64,000 nucleotides of DNA from Streptosporangiales bacterium (GCA_009379995.1 WHSR01000005.1:41429-105428), one strand, 5' to 3'. Counted from the stretch's first letter, positions 9,507-19,860 are shown. The notes: generated by a model from the sequence alone, not told the origin. Program-made: numbers and translations.

Positions 9507-11065
9507 CAGGGTCGCACCTCCTTAGGCAACGTGAAGTGGACCTGCTCGGTGGTCACGGTCCGCTCCTCCACCTCGACGGGGCCGAGTCCACGAAGAGCCC
9601 CGATGACCTCTTCCACCAGGGCTGGCGGGGCGGATGCCCCGGCGGTCAGCCCCACGGTCCGGCTCCCCGCGAGCCAGTCCAGCTCGATGCCCCCCGGATC
9701 GTCCACGAGATACGCCGGCGTGCCGGCACGCCTCGCGACCTCGACCAGCCGCTTGGAGTTGGACGAGTTGATCGACCCCACGACGAGCAGGAGGTCGGCG
9801 TCCGCCGCGACGGCGCGTACGGCGTCCTGCCGGTTGGTCGTCGCGTAGCAGATGTCTTCCGAGGTCGGTCCCTCTGCCGTGGGGAAACGCTCCCGGATGG
9901 CGTCGACGACCACCTGCGCCTCGTCGGTGGCCAGGGTGGTCTGCATCAGGTACGCCACCCTGTCCGGATCCTCGACCCGCAGCTTCGCCACGTCCTCCGG
10001 GGTCTCGACCAGGACGCTGGAGTCGGGAACCTCACCGAGCGTGCCCTCGGTCTCCTCGTGCCGGGCATGCCCGATGAGGACTATCAGGTTCCCGCGGTAG
10101 GCGAACCGGCGTGCCTCGTTGTGCACCTTGGTGACCAGCGGACACGTCGCGTCGATAACGGTCAGCCCGCGGTCCTCCGCCTCGGCCCGTACGGCCGGGG
10201 AAACCCCGTGCGCGGAGAACACCGCCGTGGCGCCCTCGGGTACCTCGTCGAGCTCCTCGACGAACACCGCGCCGCGGCGTTCCAGGTCACGCACCACGTG
10301 CACGTTGTGCACTATCTGCTTGCGCACGTAGACCGGCGGGTCGTACAGCTCGAGCGCGCGCTCGACCACCTCGATCGCCCGCTCGACCCCCGCGCAGAAC
10401 GACCGCGGGGCCGCCAGCAGCACGTTGCGGGAGCCGGCTGCCCTCCCCCAGCGGGCAAGCGCGGGACCGACGCGGCGCAGCGCCGCCGTCGCCCGCCAGC
10501 CGGCGCGGACCGTCGACGGGCTGCGCAGCGGCCGATCGGGGGTGTCGACCACCACCCGGACCACCGCGAACGGGCGTCCCTCCGCCGCCTCCGCCAGCGC
10601 GCCGGATTCCATGTCCACGGCCAGCGCTCCGCGGCCGCCGAGCTCGGCCCGCTCGGCGGCGCCGACGATGTGGTCGGCGGTGACGATCGGGCCGGTGTGT
10701 ACGGTCAGTCCCTCTCGGCGCAGCTCCCCCGCCAGCAGCTCGGCCGACGGACACGGGATCGTCCGCCCACCGTCCACGGCCCTGTCGATGACCTCGGTGG
10801 CGACGACAACGTCTCCCGGCGCGAGGTCACCGCGAACCGCGCCGCCGAAGCCCACCACCGCCTGTGCGTCGAAGGGCCGGCCGCGCAGCGCCTCCGCGGT
10901 CCGTCGGGCGCGCCGCGTGCCGTATCCGGTGCGGACGACCGATGCGTCGGCTGGACCATCCAGTCCTCGGCGGACGCTGCGCGCCTCGATAGCGAGGGGA
11001 GCACACACCAACAGCCGAGGATTCGCCCCTGTATTCGCAGAGTCATTTCTCATGACTGCATCCAT
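9506..11065 (-). CDS. ispH: Fusion: HpnG-like nucleoside phosphorylase domain plus 4-hydroxy-3-methylbut-2-enyl diphosphate reductase
   Basis: N-terminal ~205 aa PNP/UDP fold (GFGGAV, GDVVVA, AVDMES, VRVVVD); C-terminal IspH ([44 protein letters not shown]). Confidence 0.9.
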   Translation of the reverse strand: MDAVMRNDSANTGANPRLLVCAPLAIEARSVRRGLDGPADASVVRTGYGTRRARRTAEALRGRPFDAQAVVGFGGAVRGDLAPGDVVVATEVIDRAVDGGRTIPCPSAELLAGELRREGLTVHTGPIVTADHIVGAAERAELGGRGALAVDMESGALAEAAEGRPFAVVRVVVDTPDRPLRSPSTVRAGWRATAALRRVGPALARWGRAAGSRNVLLAAPRSFCAGVERAIEVVERALELYDPPVYVRKQIVHNVHVVRDLERRGAVFVEELDEVPEGATAVFSAHGVSPAVRAEAEDRGLTVIDATCPLVTKVHNEARRFAYRGNLIVLIGHARHEETEGTLGEVPDSSVLVETPEDVAKLRVEDPDRVAYLMQTTLATDEAQVVVDAIRERFPTAEGPTSEDICYATTNRQDAVRAVAADADLLLVVGSINSSNSKRLVEVARRAGTPAYLVDDPGGIELDWLAGSRTVGLTAGASAPPALVEEVIGALRGLGPVEVEERTVTTEQVHFTLPKEVRP

Positions 11066-12990
11066 GAACTGGCGCCACCTCCTATGTACCGTCCGAGGGC
11101 ACTCAGCGGGAAGATCAGTCGGTACAGGTGGTAGTTGATGTAGAAGTCGCCGGGGAAGCCGGTGCCGGTGAAGTACGGCTCGTCCCAGGTGCCGTCACCG
11201 CGCTGGTGATCGACCAGCCAGCCGACACCCCGGTCCACTGCCGACGAGCGCTCGCCCGCGGCCAGCAGGGCGATCAGCGCCCAGGCCGTCTGCGAGGCGG
11301 TCGACGCCCCGCGGCCGGCCCAGCTCGGGTCGTCGTAGGACCGCAGGTCCTCGCCCCAACCACCGTCGGCGTTCTGATGTCGTTCCAGCCAGGCCACGGC
11401 GCGCCGGACGGCCGGCTTCTCCGGGAGCACGCCGGCGGCAACGAGGGCCGGCACCACGGCTCCGATCCCGTACACGTAGTTGGCTCCCCAGCGTCCGAAC
11501 CACGAACCGTCGGCTTCCTGGGCACGCAGCAGCCAGACCACGCCCCGTCGTACGGCCCGACTCGTCCGCAGGCCCTCGCCGCACAGGGCCTCGACGATGT
11601 GCGCGGTGACGTCGGCGGATGGGGGGTCGATGACCGCGCCGAAGTCGCAGAACGGCAGCTTGGTGCACAGCTGCTGGGTGTTGTCGGCGTCGAACGCCGC
11701 CCATCCGCCGTCCCGCGACTGCATGCCGACCAGCCAGGCGACGGCGCGCCGTACGGCCGCGTCGATGTCGGCGGAACGGGTCGGATGGCGGACCCTGCGC
11801 AGCGCGAGGAGCACCTCCGAGGTGTCGTCGGTGTCTGGGTAGGCGTCGTTGTCGAACTCGAACGCCCATCCCCCCGGAGCGACGTGCGGGCGGCGTACCT
11901 GCCAATCCCCCGGGCCCTTGACCTCCTCGCCCAGCACCCAGTCCGCCGCGCGGACGAGCGAGGGGTGATCATCCGGGAGTCCGGAGTCCGTCAGCGCCGT
12001 GACCGCCAGGACGGTGTCCCAGACCGGCGACTGGCACGCCTCCATCCGGCGCACCATGCCGTCCGGGGTCTCCTCCCGGATCGTAAACCGGTCGAGGCCG
12101 GTGAGGCCGCGCTTGATGATCGGGTGGTCCAGCCCGTACCCGAGCAGGTGCAGTGCGATCAACGAATACACCCACGGCGGCTGGATCCCGCCCCAGCAGC
12201 CGTCGAGCTCCTGCCGGGCGATGACCCACTCGGCACATCGGCGCAGGGCAGCCGCACGCACCGATCGGATCGGGCGGCGTTCGTAGACGTGCAGCGCCCT
12301 GTCCAGCCCGGCGAACGCCCCGCTCCAACTCACGGCCGGGGCGGCGCGGGGCGGGCGGCGGCCTGTACGCAGCTCGGCGACCGTAAAGGGCAGGGACCGG
12401 CGCGGGCGCAGTGTCCCGACGACGGTGAGCGGTACCACCGTCTGCCGCGCCCAGCACCCCCAGTCGTAGACGTTGAGCGGGAACCAGGTCGGCAGGTAGA
12501 TCAGCTCGGGCGGCATAACCGGAAGCTCGTCCCACGACCACTCGCCGAACAGCGCGAGCCAGATCCTGGTGAATACCCGGGCGGCCTCCACCCCGCCCTG
12601 GTCACGGATGTAGTCGGCCGCGCGCCGCATGTGCGGCGCCTCGATCGGGTCGCCGGCCAGCCGCAGCGCCACGTACGCCTCGACGGTGGTGGACAGGTCC
12701 GCTGGGGCGCCGTAGAAGTTCCCCCAGGTGCCGTCGTCACGCTGCTGGGAACGGATCCACCGAGCGGCTTCCTCGGTTTCGCGCTCGCCGCGGATGCCGA
12801 GGAACTCCCGCAGCAGCAGATCCTCGGCGTCCATCGTCACGTTGGTCTCGAGCTCACCCTTCCACCACCCGTCCCCGTGCTGCAGCGACAGCAGGTGCTC
12901 GCGCGCCCGGCCCAGCGCCTCGGCCGCCTCCGCCCGGAGCGCCGGGGGCTCGGAGACGGGGACGTCCGCGCGTGGAGAGGTTGTCGTCAT
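11050..12990 (-). CDS. shc: Squalene-hopene cyclase
   Basis: DTDD catalytic motif (YPDTDDT), QW repeats, [21 protein letters not shown]. Confidence 0.96.
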   Translation of the reverse strand: MTTTSPRADVPVSEPPALRAEAAEALGRAREHLLSLQHGDGWWKGELETNVTMDAEDLLLREFLGIRGERETEEAARWIRSQQRDDGTWGNFYGAPADLSTTVEAYVALRLAGDPIEAPHMRRAADYIRDQGGVEAARVFTRIWLALFGEWSWDELPVMPPELIYLPTWFPLNVYDWGCWARQTVVPLTVVGTLRPRRSLPFTVAELRTGRRPPRAAPAVSWSGAFAGLDRALHVYERRPIRSVRAAALRRCAEWVIARQELDGCWGGIQPPWVYSLIALHLLGYGLDHPIIKRGLTGLDRFTIREETPDGMVRRMEACQSPVWDTVLAVTALTDSGLPDDHPSLVRAADWVLGEEVKGPGDWQVRRPHVAPGGWAFEFDNDAYPDTDDTSEVLLALRRVRHPTRSADIDAAVRRAVAWLVGMQSRDGGWAAFDADNTQQLCTKLPFCDFGAVIDPPSADVTAHIVEALCGEGLRTSRAVRRGVVWLLRAQEADGSWFGRWGANYVYGIGAVVPALVAAGVLPEKPAVRRAVAWLERHQNADGGWGEDLRSYDDPSWAGRGASTASQTAWALIALLAAGERSSAVDRGVGWLVDHQRGDGTWDEPYFTGTGFPGDFYINYHLYRLIFPLSALGRYIGGGASSWMQS

Positions 12991-14006
12991 CAACGATCCC
13001 GGGAGGTGACGTAGCGGGCGATGTGCAGGAACTCCTGGCGTACGTGGTCCGGCATGTCGATCTGGTGCAGGCATTCCTCCGCGGCGGCGAGCTGGCGGGC
13101 GGACTCCTCCTCCACCCACGTCCGGCCGCCGGCCCCCTCGACCGCCACGGCGGCCTCGTGGAGGTCCTCCTCGGTAAGGGGCTCCGGTCGGTGCAGCAGC
13201 TCCCTGAGCCGTGCCGAGGCGGGCGCCCCGGCCGCCAGCGCCGCGACGACCGGCAGCGACTTCTTGCGGGTCCGCAGGTCGGACAACACCGGCTTGCCGG
13301 TGACCTCCGGGGCTCCCCAGATGCCGAGTAGGTCGTCGACGAGCTGGAAGGCCAGGCCGAGGTGGGCGCCGAAGCCGGCAAGCCCGGCGGCGAGCCTCGG
13401 CGGGGCGTTCACCAGCATCGCCCCGATCGAGCACGAGCACGCCAGCAGCGCGGCGGTCTTGTCGCTGGCCATGGTCACACACTCGTCGAGAGAGACGTCG
13501 ACACGGTCCTCGAACTCCAGGTCGGCGGTCTGGCCGGCGATGAGTCGCTGGGTGGCCGCGGACAGGCACCGAGCGGCCCAGTACGCCCCCTGCGAGCCCT
13601 CTTCCAGCAGGATCTCCTCGGCCAGGGTGAGCAACGAGTCACCGGCGAGGATCGCCGAGGACGTCCCGAAGACGGTCCAGGCGGTGGGACGGTGCCGCCG
13701 CTCTCGGTCGCCGTCCATGATGTCGTCGTGCAGCAGCGAGAAGTTGTGCACGAGCTCCACGGCGACGGCCGCCGGTACTCCCCGCTGCGGCGTCGAGCCG
13801 GCCGCCTGTGCGGACAGCAACGCCAGCGCGGGGCGCAGCGCCTTCCCGCCGCCCGCTCCGGTGGGCCGCCCGTGCTCGTCCAGCCAGCCGAGGTGGTAGC
13901 CGGCCACCCGGCTCATCCTGGGCGCGAGTCGATCGACGGCGGTCCGCAGCGCGGGTGTCACCAGGTCGCGCGCGGTGGTGACCGCCTCGGGCAGGGTGGC
14001 GGTCAT
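12990..14006 (-). CDS. Polyprenyl diphosphate synthase
   Basis: GGKALRP, FARM HDDIMDGD..RR, KTA, AFQLVDDLLG. Confidence 0.92.
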   Translation of the reverse strand: MTATLPEAVTTARDLVTPALRTAVDRLAPRMSRVAGYHLGWLDEHGRPTGAGGGKALRPALALLSAQAAGSTPQRGVPAAVAVELVHNFSLLHDDIMDGDRERRHRPTAWTVFGTSSAILAGDSLLTLAEEILLEEGSQGAYWAARCLSAATQRLIAGQTADLEFEDRVDVSLDECVTMASDKTAALLACSCSIGAMLVNAPPRLAAGLAGFGAHLGLAFQLVDDLLGIWGAPEVTGKPVLSDLRTRKKSLPVVAALAAGAPASARLRELLHRPEPLTEEDLHEAAVAVEGAGGRTWVEEESARQLAAAEECLHQIDMPDHVRQEFLHIARYVTSRDR

Positions 14007-15412
14007 GCGAGGCCCTCCGCGACAGGGATCCCCGCGGCGGGGACCCTCGCAGACGAGCCCTCCGCGGAAGAGCCCTCCGCGGGAAACAGATGCTCTCGGG
14101 CAAGCCGAGCCGCTACCAAGCCGCTCCGCACTGCTCCCTCCATGGTGTCGGGCCAGCCCGTGTCGGTCCACGCGCCGGCGATGAAGAGGCCGGGCAGCCG
14201 CGTCCGCGCCGGCGGGCGCAGCGAAGAGCAGCCCGGCGCCTGACGAAAGGTCGCGCGGCGTTCCCGGGTGACGAAGAAGTCCACCACCCGCGCCCGGCGG
14301 GCAGCCGGGAACAGCTGGTCCAGGGCCGGCAGGAACTCGCCGCGTAGCTCGGTCGTCGGGCGGTCGATGTGCGGATCGGCCGCCGAGACCGAAACTGCCA
14401 GGTACTGCCCGTGCCGAGTTCCGGAGATCCGGGTGCGATCGAAGACCCACTGCACCGGCGAGTCGACCGCCGCGGCGAACGGCAGCGACGTCACCTGGCG
14501 GTCGTAGATCACGTGCACGTTGATGATGGGCGTGGCGCCGAGCCGGGCGAACCGCCACCGGTCCGGCACCGCGGCCTCGGGTACCAGCGAGGCCGCGGCG
14601 TCGTGCGGCACGGCGACGACCACCGCGTCGGCGTCGAGGCGCGTCCCGTCGACGATCACCGCGAAACCGGCGCCGGGTCCCCCAGGGTGGGGTTCGACCG
14701 CGGTGACCTTGGCCCGCGTCCGTACCTCGGCGCCGCTGCGGGCCAGCAGCCTGGCCGCGGACTCGCCGTGCAGCTCCTGCAGCGGCACGGCGGGAACGCC
14801 GATGTCGGCCGCGTCGCGCGCACCGAGGAGCCCGGTCTGCACCACCATCGCGGCCAGGCCCAGGGAGGCCTCGTCGGAGCCCGCGTTGAGGGACGCGACG
14901 ACGAACAGATCCCACAGGCCGCGGCGTGCCGCCCCGTCCTGCCCCCGGGCGCCCAGCCACTCACCGAACGTCCGCAGGTCAAGGGCCGGGTCGGCGAGGT
15001 TGAGGCCACGCAGCGCCAGCGCGGCACGCGCAGCACCCGCCCGTTCCGCCGGTGTGAGGAGCGAGTACCTCGCGAGCGCCGGGCCCAGATGCAGCGGTCC
15101 GGGCAGGTTCGTCCGGCGCAGCCGGGCACGCCGGCCGTCCGACCGCAGCACCGTGACGTCGAACCGGTCCTGCAGCGCCACCCGGTCCGCGACCCCCAGC
15201 CGGTCGAGCAGCCCGCGGTACGCCGTACAGCACCGCAGGAAGACGTGTTGGCCGTTGTCGACGACCAGGTCGCCGCGGGTGAACGAGTGGGTGGCGCCGC
15301 CAAGCCGCGGCCGCCCTTCCAGCAGAGTGACCCCGGCCCCGGCCTCGGAGAGCGCGATCGCGGCCGCGATCCCGGCCAGGCCGCCGCCCACGACAATCGC
15401 ATGCGGACTCAT
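14003..15412 (-). CDS. hpnE: Hydroxysqualene dehydroxylase
   Basis: VVGGGLAG, DNGQHVFLRCC, AGAWTDTGWPDTMEGAVRSG. Confidence 0.92.
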   Translation of the reverse strand: MSPHAIVVGGGLAGIAAAIALSEAGAGVTLLEGRPRLGGATHSFTRGDLVVDNGQHVFLRCCTAYRGLLDRLGVADRVALQDRFDVTVLRSDGRRARLRRTNLPGPLHLGPALARYSLLTPAERAGAARAALALRGLNLADPALDLRTFGEWLGARGQDGAARRGLWDLFVVASLNAGSDEASLGLAAMVVQTGLLGARDAADIGVPAVPLQELHGESAARLLARSGAEVRTRAKVTAVEPHPGGPGAGFAVIVDGTRLDADAVVVAVPHDAAASLVPEAAVPDRWRFARLGATPIINVHVIYDRQVTSLPFAAAVDSPVQWVFDRTRISGTRHGQYLAVSVSAADPHIDRPTTELRGEFLPALDQLFPAARRARVVDFFVTRERRATFRQAPGCSSLRPPARTRLPGLFIAGAWTDTGWPDTMEGAVRSGLVAARLAREHLFPAEGSSAEGSSARVPAAGIPVAEGLA

Positions 15413-16290
15413 ATCGGCACACCCGCCAGCGACCGCACGGCGACCAGGACCTTCTCCCAGCCGGTCAGCGAGGTTCTGCTGCGCAGAACCGCGGCGGGGT
15501 CGGCGGCGATCCGGTCGTGCAGGCCGCGATAGATACCTGCCATTGCGGCGGTGCACGCCGCGCTCCGCCGGTCCAGCATCGACAGCAGCGGCAGTCCCTG
15601 CGCATACCACTCCCGGGCCCGCTCCGCCTCGAAGCGCACGAGCTCAACGAACGGGGCTCCCGGGTCACGGAGGTAGCCGGAATCCTCCGGCTCCAGCCGA
15701 ACCCCGAAACGGTTGAGATCCTCGGCCGGAAGATAGGTGCGGCCGGTGAGGTGGTCCTCCCGTACGTCCCGCAGGATGTTCGTCAACTGCAGCGCGACGC
15801 CCAACGCGTCGGCCCTCGAGGCGGCGACCCGCAGGTCTTCCGCCCCGAAGACGCCCAGCGACAGCCTGCCGATCGACCCGGCCACGCAGCGGCAGTAGTG
15901 CAGCAGCTCGTCGAAGGTGACGTACGTGGTCCCCCGTACGTCCGCCGCGCAGCCCTCGATGAGCTCGTCGAACGCCGCGAGCGGGATCGGGAAGCTTGCG
16001 GCGGCGTCGGCCAGCGCGACCAGAACCATGTCGTCCAGGTGATCTTCGAGGCGGCCGCTACGCACGTCCTCCAGATCACGCCGGGCGTCCTCCAGCCGGA
16101 CGAGCTTCTCCTCGTGTGGCAGGTCGCCGTCGCCGATGTCGTCGATGCGCCGCGCGAACGCGTACACCGCGCTGAGCGCCCGCCGCTTCGGCGGGAGCAG
16201 CAGCCGGATCCCGTAGGAGAAGTTGCGTGCCTGTGTACGGGTGATGGACTCGCAGTGTCGGTAGGCGTGGTCGACGTCGACCGCTGTCAC
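15409..16290 (-). CDS. hpnD: Presqualene diphosphate synthase
   Basis: ARNFSYGIRLL, RIDDIGD, ALQLTNILRDVRED; alternative start GTG 16302. Confidence 0.9.
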   Translation of the reverse strand: MTAVDVDHAYRHCESITRTQARNFSYGIRLLLPPKRRALSAVYAFARRIDDIGDGDLPHEEKLVRLEDARRDLEDVRSGRLEDHLDDMVLVALADAAASFPIPLAAFDELIEGCAADVRGTTYVTFDELLHYCRCVAGSIGRLSLGVFGAEDLRVAASRADALGVALQLTNILRDVREDHLTGRTYLPAEDLNRFGVRLEPEDSGYLRDPGAPFVELVRFEAERAREWYAQGLPLLSMLDRRSAACTAAMAGIYRGLHDRIAADPAAVLRSRTSLTGWEKVLVAVRSLAGVPI

Positions 16291-16298
16291 GTCCCGTC

Positions 16299-17201
16299 TC
16301 ACCTCCCCCGCCGCACGAGACGTAGCCACTCCACGAGCACCCGAGCCGGGCGTGGGCGGGGTGAGGTGCTCATCACGTCGTATCCGACCGCGCGGATGGC
16401 GGCGGCAGCCGCCCGGCCGCCCGCTACATACCCCGCGACGGCGAGCCGGGCGAAGCCGCGCAGCGTGCCCACCAGCGGGGCTCCCTCGTGCAGGAGCCGC
16501 ACGGCCCGCTGGGTCTCGAAGGCGACGAGCTCCCGCACGCGCGCTGGCGTGGGAGCGACGAGGTCCGCCTCGGCGCAGCAGAAGCGCTCGAGGTCCTCCT
16601 GGGGCAGGTAGACCCGGTCGCGGCCGAGGTCCTCGGCCACGTCCTGCCAGTGCTCGACGAGCTGGAGCCCGGTGCAGATGCAGTCGGACAGCCGCATCCG
16701 CTCCGGAGTCGCGGCCCCGAAGATGTACAGGACGACGTGACCGACCGGATTCGCCGAGAGCGTGCAGTAGTCGAGCAGGTCCCGATAGGTGCGGTAACGG
16801 GACACCCGTTGATCTTGACGGTTGGCTTCGATAAGGGCGCGGAACGGATCGGCCGGAATTCCGTACCCGCGCGCCGTCGGCTCCAGCGCCTGCAGCACGG
16901 GCAGCCGGGCGGCACCCGCATACATCCGATCCAGGTCGTCCTCGATCGCATCGAGCATCTTCCCGCGCTCGCTCCGCGGTACCTCGTCCCCGACGTCGTC
17001 GACGAGCCGGGCAAAGCCGTACAGCGCCATCAGGTGCCGACGATAACGACGGGGCAACAGCCTGGAGGCCACCGGGAAGTTCTCCCCGCTCGCCTTCGCA
17101 AGCACGGAACCGGGCAGATCAAGGCCGACGACCTCGGGCGATGCTGTCTGCGTACTCTGCGACGACGCGGGGGTGACCGAAGAACACCCAGCCCGATCCA
17201 C
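16299..17201 (-). CDS. hpnC: Hydroxysqualene synthase
   Basis: ENFPVASRLL, LVDDVGD, YCTLSANPVG, HWQDVAED; GTG 17201 preceded by AGGAG. Confidence 0.9.
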   Translation of the reverse strand: MDRAGCSSVTPASSQSTQTASPEVVGLDLPGSVLAKASGENFPVASRLLPRRYRRHLMALYGFARLVDDVGDEVPRSERGKMLDAIEDDLDRMYAGAARLPVLQALEPTARGYGIPADPFRALIEANRQDQRVSRYRTYRDLLDYCTLSANPVGHVVLYIFGAATPERMRLSDCICTGLQLVEHWQDVAEDLGRDRVYLPQEDLERFCCAEADLVAPTPARVRELVAFETQRAVRLLHEGAPLVGTLRGFARLAVAGYVAGGRAAAAAIRAVGYDVMSTSPRPRPARVLVEWLRLVRRGR

Positions 17202-17364
17202 CAGCCGTCTCCTAGACCGATCGACTCTCGATATTCGTTCTTTTACCCACGACAGCACGCCTAGGCAATGCAACCCGCTCCCATCGGCAAAAATTCTAGA
17301 TGACCGTGGCGTCCAGTTCCATAACACCTTTGCCGGCAGGGAGTTAGGCGGGGCGGAGCCCGGC

Positions 17365-17448
17365 AATTCCTGACGCTTGCGTCGCTAATTACTGACGTAC
17401 GCGTCAATTCCTGACGCGTACGTCGTATAAAATGCTGACGCGAATGTC
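17365..17448. promoter_or_regulatory. Array of four 19-bp direct repeats, each with an internal palindrome (putative operator array)
   Basis: AATTCCTGACGCTTGCGTC (17365), AATTACTGACGTACGCGTC (17387), AATTCCTGACGCGTACGTC (17406), AAATGCTGACGCGAATGTC (17430). Confidence 0.7.
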
Positions 17449-17591
17449 GCAGAAACCACGGGCGGTGACGGCGTCCCCCCAGCCCGTGATCACGGTCTCG
17501 ATGGGTAGAGACTAGGGGTGTCTGTGGACAGAGATCCACGGGACACCCCAACCCCGACACGACACGTAACGACGACTCACGAGGAGAAGCG

Positions 17592-17882
17592 ATGTCCGGC
17601 AGAGGCGAAGAGGTGGGCTGGAAGCTTCTCGGCGGGCTGGCGGCGATCACGGCCGGCTTCGCCGCACGCAAGGCGGTGCAGGCCGCGTGGAAGATGGGGA
17701 CCGGCAAGGAGCCCCCGGCAAACCCGGAACATCCGGACACCACCTTGGCCGAAGCCATCGGTTGGGCCATGCTGAGCGGTGCGGTCATGGGGCTGGCCCG
17801 GATGATCGCCACCCGCGAGGCCGCGAAGCGCTGGCGTAAGGCGACGGGCGCGCTGCCGCCCGGCCTGGAGGACATTGTCTGA
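17592..17882 (+). CDS. DUF4235 family small membrane protein
   Basis: GAGGAG RBS; W..GTGKEPP.NPE....EAIGWA pattern. Confidence 0.85.
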   Translation: MSGRGEEVGWKLLGGLAAITAGFAARKAVQAAWKMGTGKEPPANPEHPDTTLAEAIGWAMLSGAVMGLARMIATREAAKRWRKATGALPPGLEDIV

Positions 17883-17893
17883 TCCTGGAGGAC

Positions 17894-18484
17894 GTGCCGA
17901 TGGTGTTACCGCTGGTGGATGAGCTGCGTCAGGAGCGCAGGCGTCTCCTGGACACGCTGCGGAGCCTCACCGACGAGGAGTTCGAATCGGGGCCGACGCT
18001 CTGCCAGGGCTGGGCGCCGCGCGACGTGCTCGCCCACGTCATGGGCGTGGACCGGCCAGGGATGTACGTACGCTGTCTGTTGCGCATCGACACCGCCAAC
18101 GCCCGTATGGTGGATCACGGCCGACGCATGGACCGTGAGGAGCTCATGGCCGCCGCTGTCGACTGGGCGGAGCGGCCCTCGCTCACTACCCGGCTCGCGG
18201 CCGGCTTTCTGCTCGGCGACCTGGGCGTCCACCACCAAGACATCCTGCGCGGCCTCGGCCGGAGCCGAGAGATTCCCCGTGCGGTAACTGCCGCCATCTT
18301 CCGCGAAGGGATCATCTGGAGCTGGCCGTTCGGGCGGAAACTCCTGCACCACCGGGTCGTCCCGACGACCGAGGGCGGACGCCCGATCGGCCGGGGCAGC
18401 GAGGTGCGCGGACCGACCGAGGCGCTGGGCATGTGGCTCGCCGGACGACACTCGGTGGAGCCGGAGCTGGAGTTCGCGTCCTGA
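17894..18484 (+). CDS. Mycothiol-dependent maleylpyruvate isomerase/DinB-like family protein
   Basis: TLCQGWAPRDVLAH and VHHQDI metal-binding motifs; GGAGG RBS. Confidence 0.85.
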   Translation: MPMVLPLVDELRQERRRLLDTLRSLTDEEFESGPTLCQGWAPRDVLAHVMGVDRPGMYVRCLLRIDTANARMVDHGRRMDREELMAAAVDWAERPSLTTRLAAGFLLGDLGVHHQDILRGLGRSREIPRAVTAAIFREGIIWSWPFGRKLLHHRVVPTTEGGRPIGRGSEVRGPTEALGMWLAGRHSVEPELEFAS

Positions 18485-18500
18485 CCCCTTGCTGGTAGCC

Positions 18501-18551
18501 GTGATCTTGCAGAAATTCAACCCCATGGATCTTGAATTTCTGCAAGATCAC
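18501..18551. repeat. Palindromic REP/MITE-like element, copy 3
   Basis: GTGATCTTGCAGAAATTCAA-ccccatggatc-TTGAATTTCTGCAAGATCAC; between convergent genes. Confidence 0.9.
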
Positions 18552-19363
18552 GGCCGATGGGGGGTGGACACCCCCATGACCTGCCCCCGCAGGTCGTTGC
18601 GAACGAGTTCGGCCAGCCGCCGGGTACCCCCGTAGTTCAGGGTTCCGCCGGCGACCGCGCCGGTGAGGAACGGCCCCAGGGTGGAGAGGTTACGGCCGAA
18701 GACGCGCATCAGCCGCCTGCGCAGGGCGTGTTTGGCGGCCGCGCCGAGAGCCAGCGTCAACGAGTCGGGCTGCAGGGGATTGACACCTCGCCGCTTGCCC
18801 CAGGCCTGGAGGAAGACGACGCTTCGCTGGGTTCGGGTGCCCGGGATCTGCACGCCGTAGGCCTCGTGCAGCTCCGCGATGAGTTTCATCTCGATCGCGG
18901 CGACGACGAGGGTCTCCGCGGCGATCTGTACCGGGGCGGAAAGAAGAGTGGGCGGGGCTGCGTACTCGGCGGCGGCGAGCACGCCGCCGGCCGCGCCGAC
19001 CGCCGCCGTGGACTTGGCGGCGGTGTTCGTGAGGGAGTCGGCCAGCGCCTCGCCGGTACGGCCACGGTGATGCGCCTGCAGCGTCTCGAGGTCCCGTATC
19101 GGAACTCGGGGGGCGATCTCATCGATGAACACGTCGGCAAGCCACCGCCCGCCGGCGACACCTCGAGCACCGGCCCGGCGGGCGCCGTCGGCCAGGGCGG
19201 CGGCGAGCCGCACCATCAGCCGGCCTCGCGCCTGTCGGCTCAGGTCCTCCTCGGAGGAGAGCCGGCCGACGAGATCACCGACCTCGGTGATCGAAGCGGG
19301 CTTCTCACCTCGCCCGCCGTGTTCCGGTCGGCCGGCCTCCCGCTGCTCCGACGGCGGGGTCAC
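18548..19363 (-). CDS. Conserved actinobacterial hypothetical protein
   Basis: APRVPIRDL..L, AETLVVAAIEMKLIAELHEAYG, PFLTGAVAG; follows DUF4193; stop codon lies inside palindrome copy 3. Confidence 0.8.
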   Translation of the reverse strand: MTPPSEQREAGRPEHGGRGEKPASITEVGDLVGRLSSEEDLSRQARGRLMVRLAAALADGARRAGARGVAGGRWLADVFIDEIAPRVPIRDLETLQAHHRGRTGEALADSLTNTAAKSTAAVGAAGGVLAAAEYAAPPTLLSAPVQIAAETLVVAAIEMKLIAELHEAYGVQIPGTRTQRSVVFLQAWGKRRGVNPLQPDSLTLALGAAAKHALRRRLMRVFGRNLSTLGPFLTGAVAGGTLNYGGTRRLAELVRNDLRGQVMGVSTPHRP

Positions 19364-19379
19364 TACCGTCTCCCGTGCC

Positions 19380-19679
19380 TTACGCAGCGCACTCGCGGCA
19401 GACCAGCTGACCGTTGCGTTCCTCGGCGAGCTGGCTGCGATGGTGCACCAGGAAGCACCGCGAGCAAGTGAACTCGTCGGCCTGCCGAGGCAGGACCCGA
19501 ACGGAGAGCTCCTCGTTAGACAGATCGGCGCCCGGGAGCTCCAGGGACTCGGCCACCTCGTCGGGGTCGACGTCGATGGTGCTGGCGGCCTTGTCGGCTC
19601 GACGGGCCTGCAGCTCCTGTAGGCTGTCTTCGCCGATCTCGTCCTCTGTCTTGCGTGGGCTGTCGTAGTCGGTGGCCAT
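19380..19679 (-). CDS. DUF4193 family protein
   Basis: MATDYDSPRK, ELPGADLS, DEFTCSRCFLVHHRSQL, CRECA. Confidence 0.93.
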   Translation of the reverse strand: MATDYDSPRKTEDEIGEDSLQELQARRADKAASTIDVDPDEVAESLELPGADLSNEELSVRVLPRQADEFTCSRCFLVHHRSQLAEERNGQLVCRECAA

Positions 19680-19860
19680 CTCTCTATCTCCATCCCCCTC
19701 GGACTTGTCTTCAGCGCCATCGCGCGGGATGTAACGCTCCAGCGGCTCTAGTTGTGCCCGATCCGAGCGGAAAATTGTGCCACGCGCTCGATGTGTCGGC
19801 GGCACGCCACGCCAGGCGGGTCTCCTGACCTGCCGACGAGGGCCCACAACGTGGTGGATA

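Noticed and set aside
17365-17448. Mini-CRISPR or plasmid iterons
   Set aside because: Gaps between units are only 0-5 nt, no rep or cas gene is nearby, and the position in a divergent promoter region fits an operator better.
17523-17531. Single DnaA-box-like TGTGGACAG
   Set aside because: Isolated and mismatched; expected by chance.
18548-19720. 390-aa ORF overlapping DUF4193
   Set aside because: The upstream part is an off-frame reading of DUF4193; the real start is GTG 19363.
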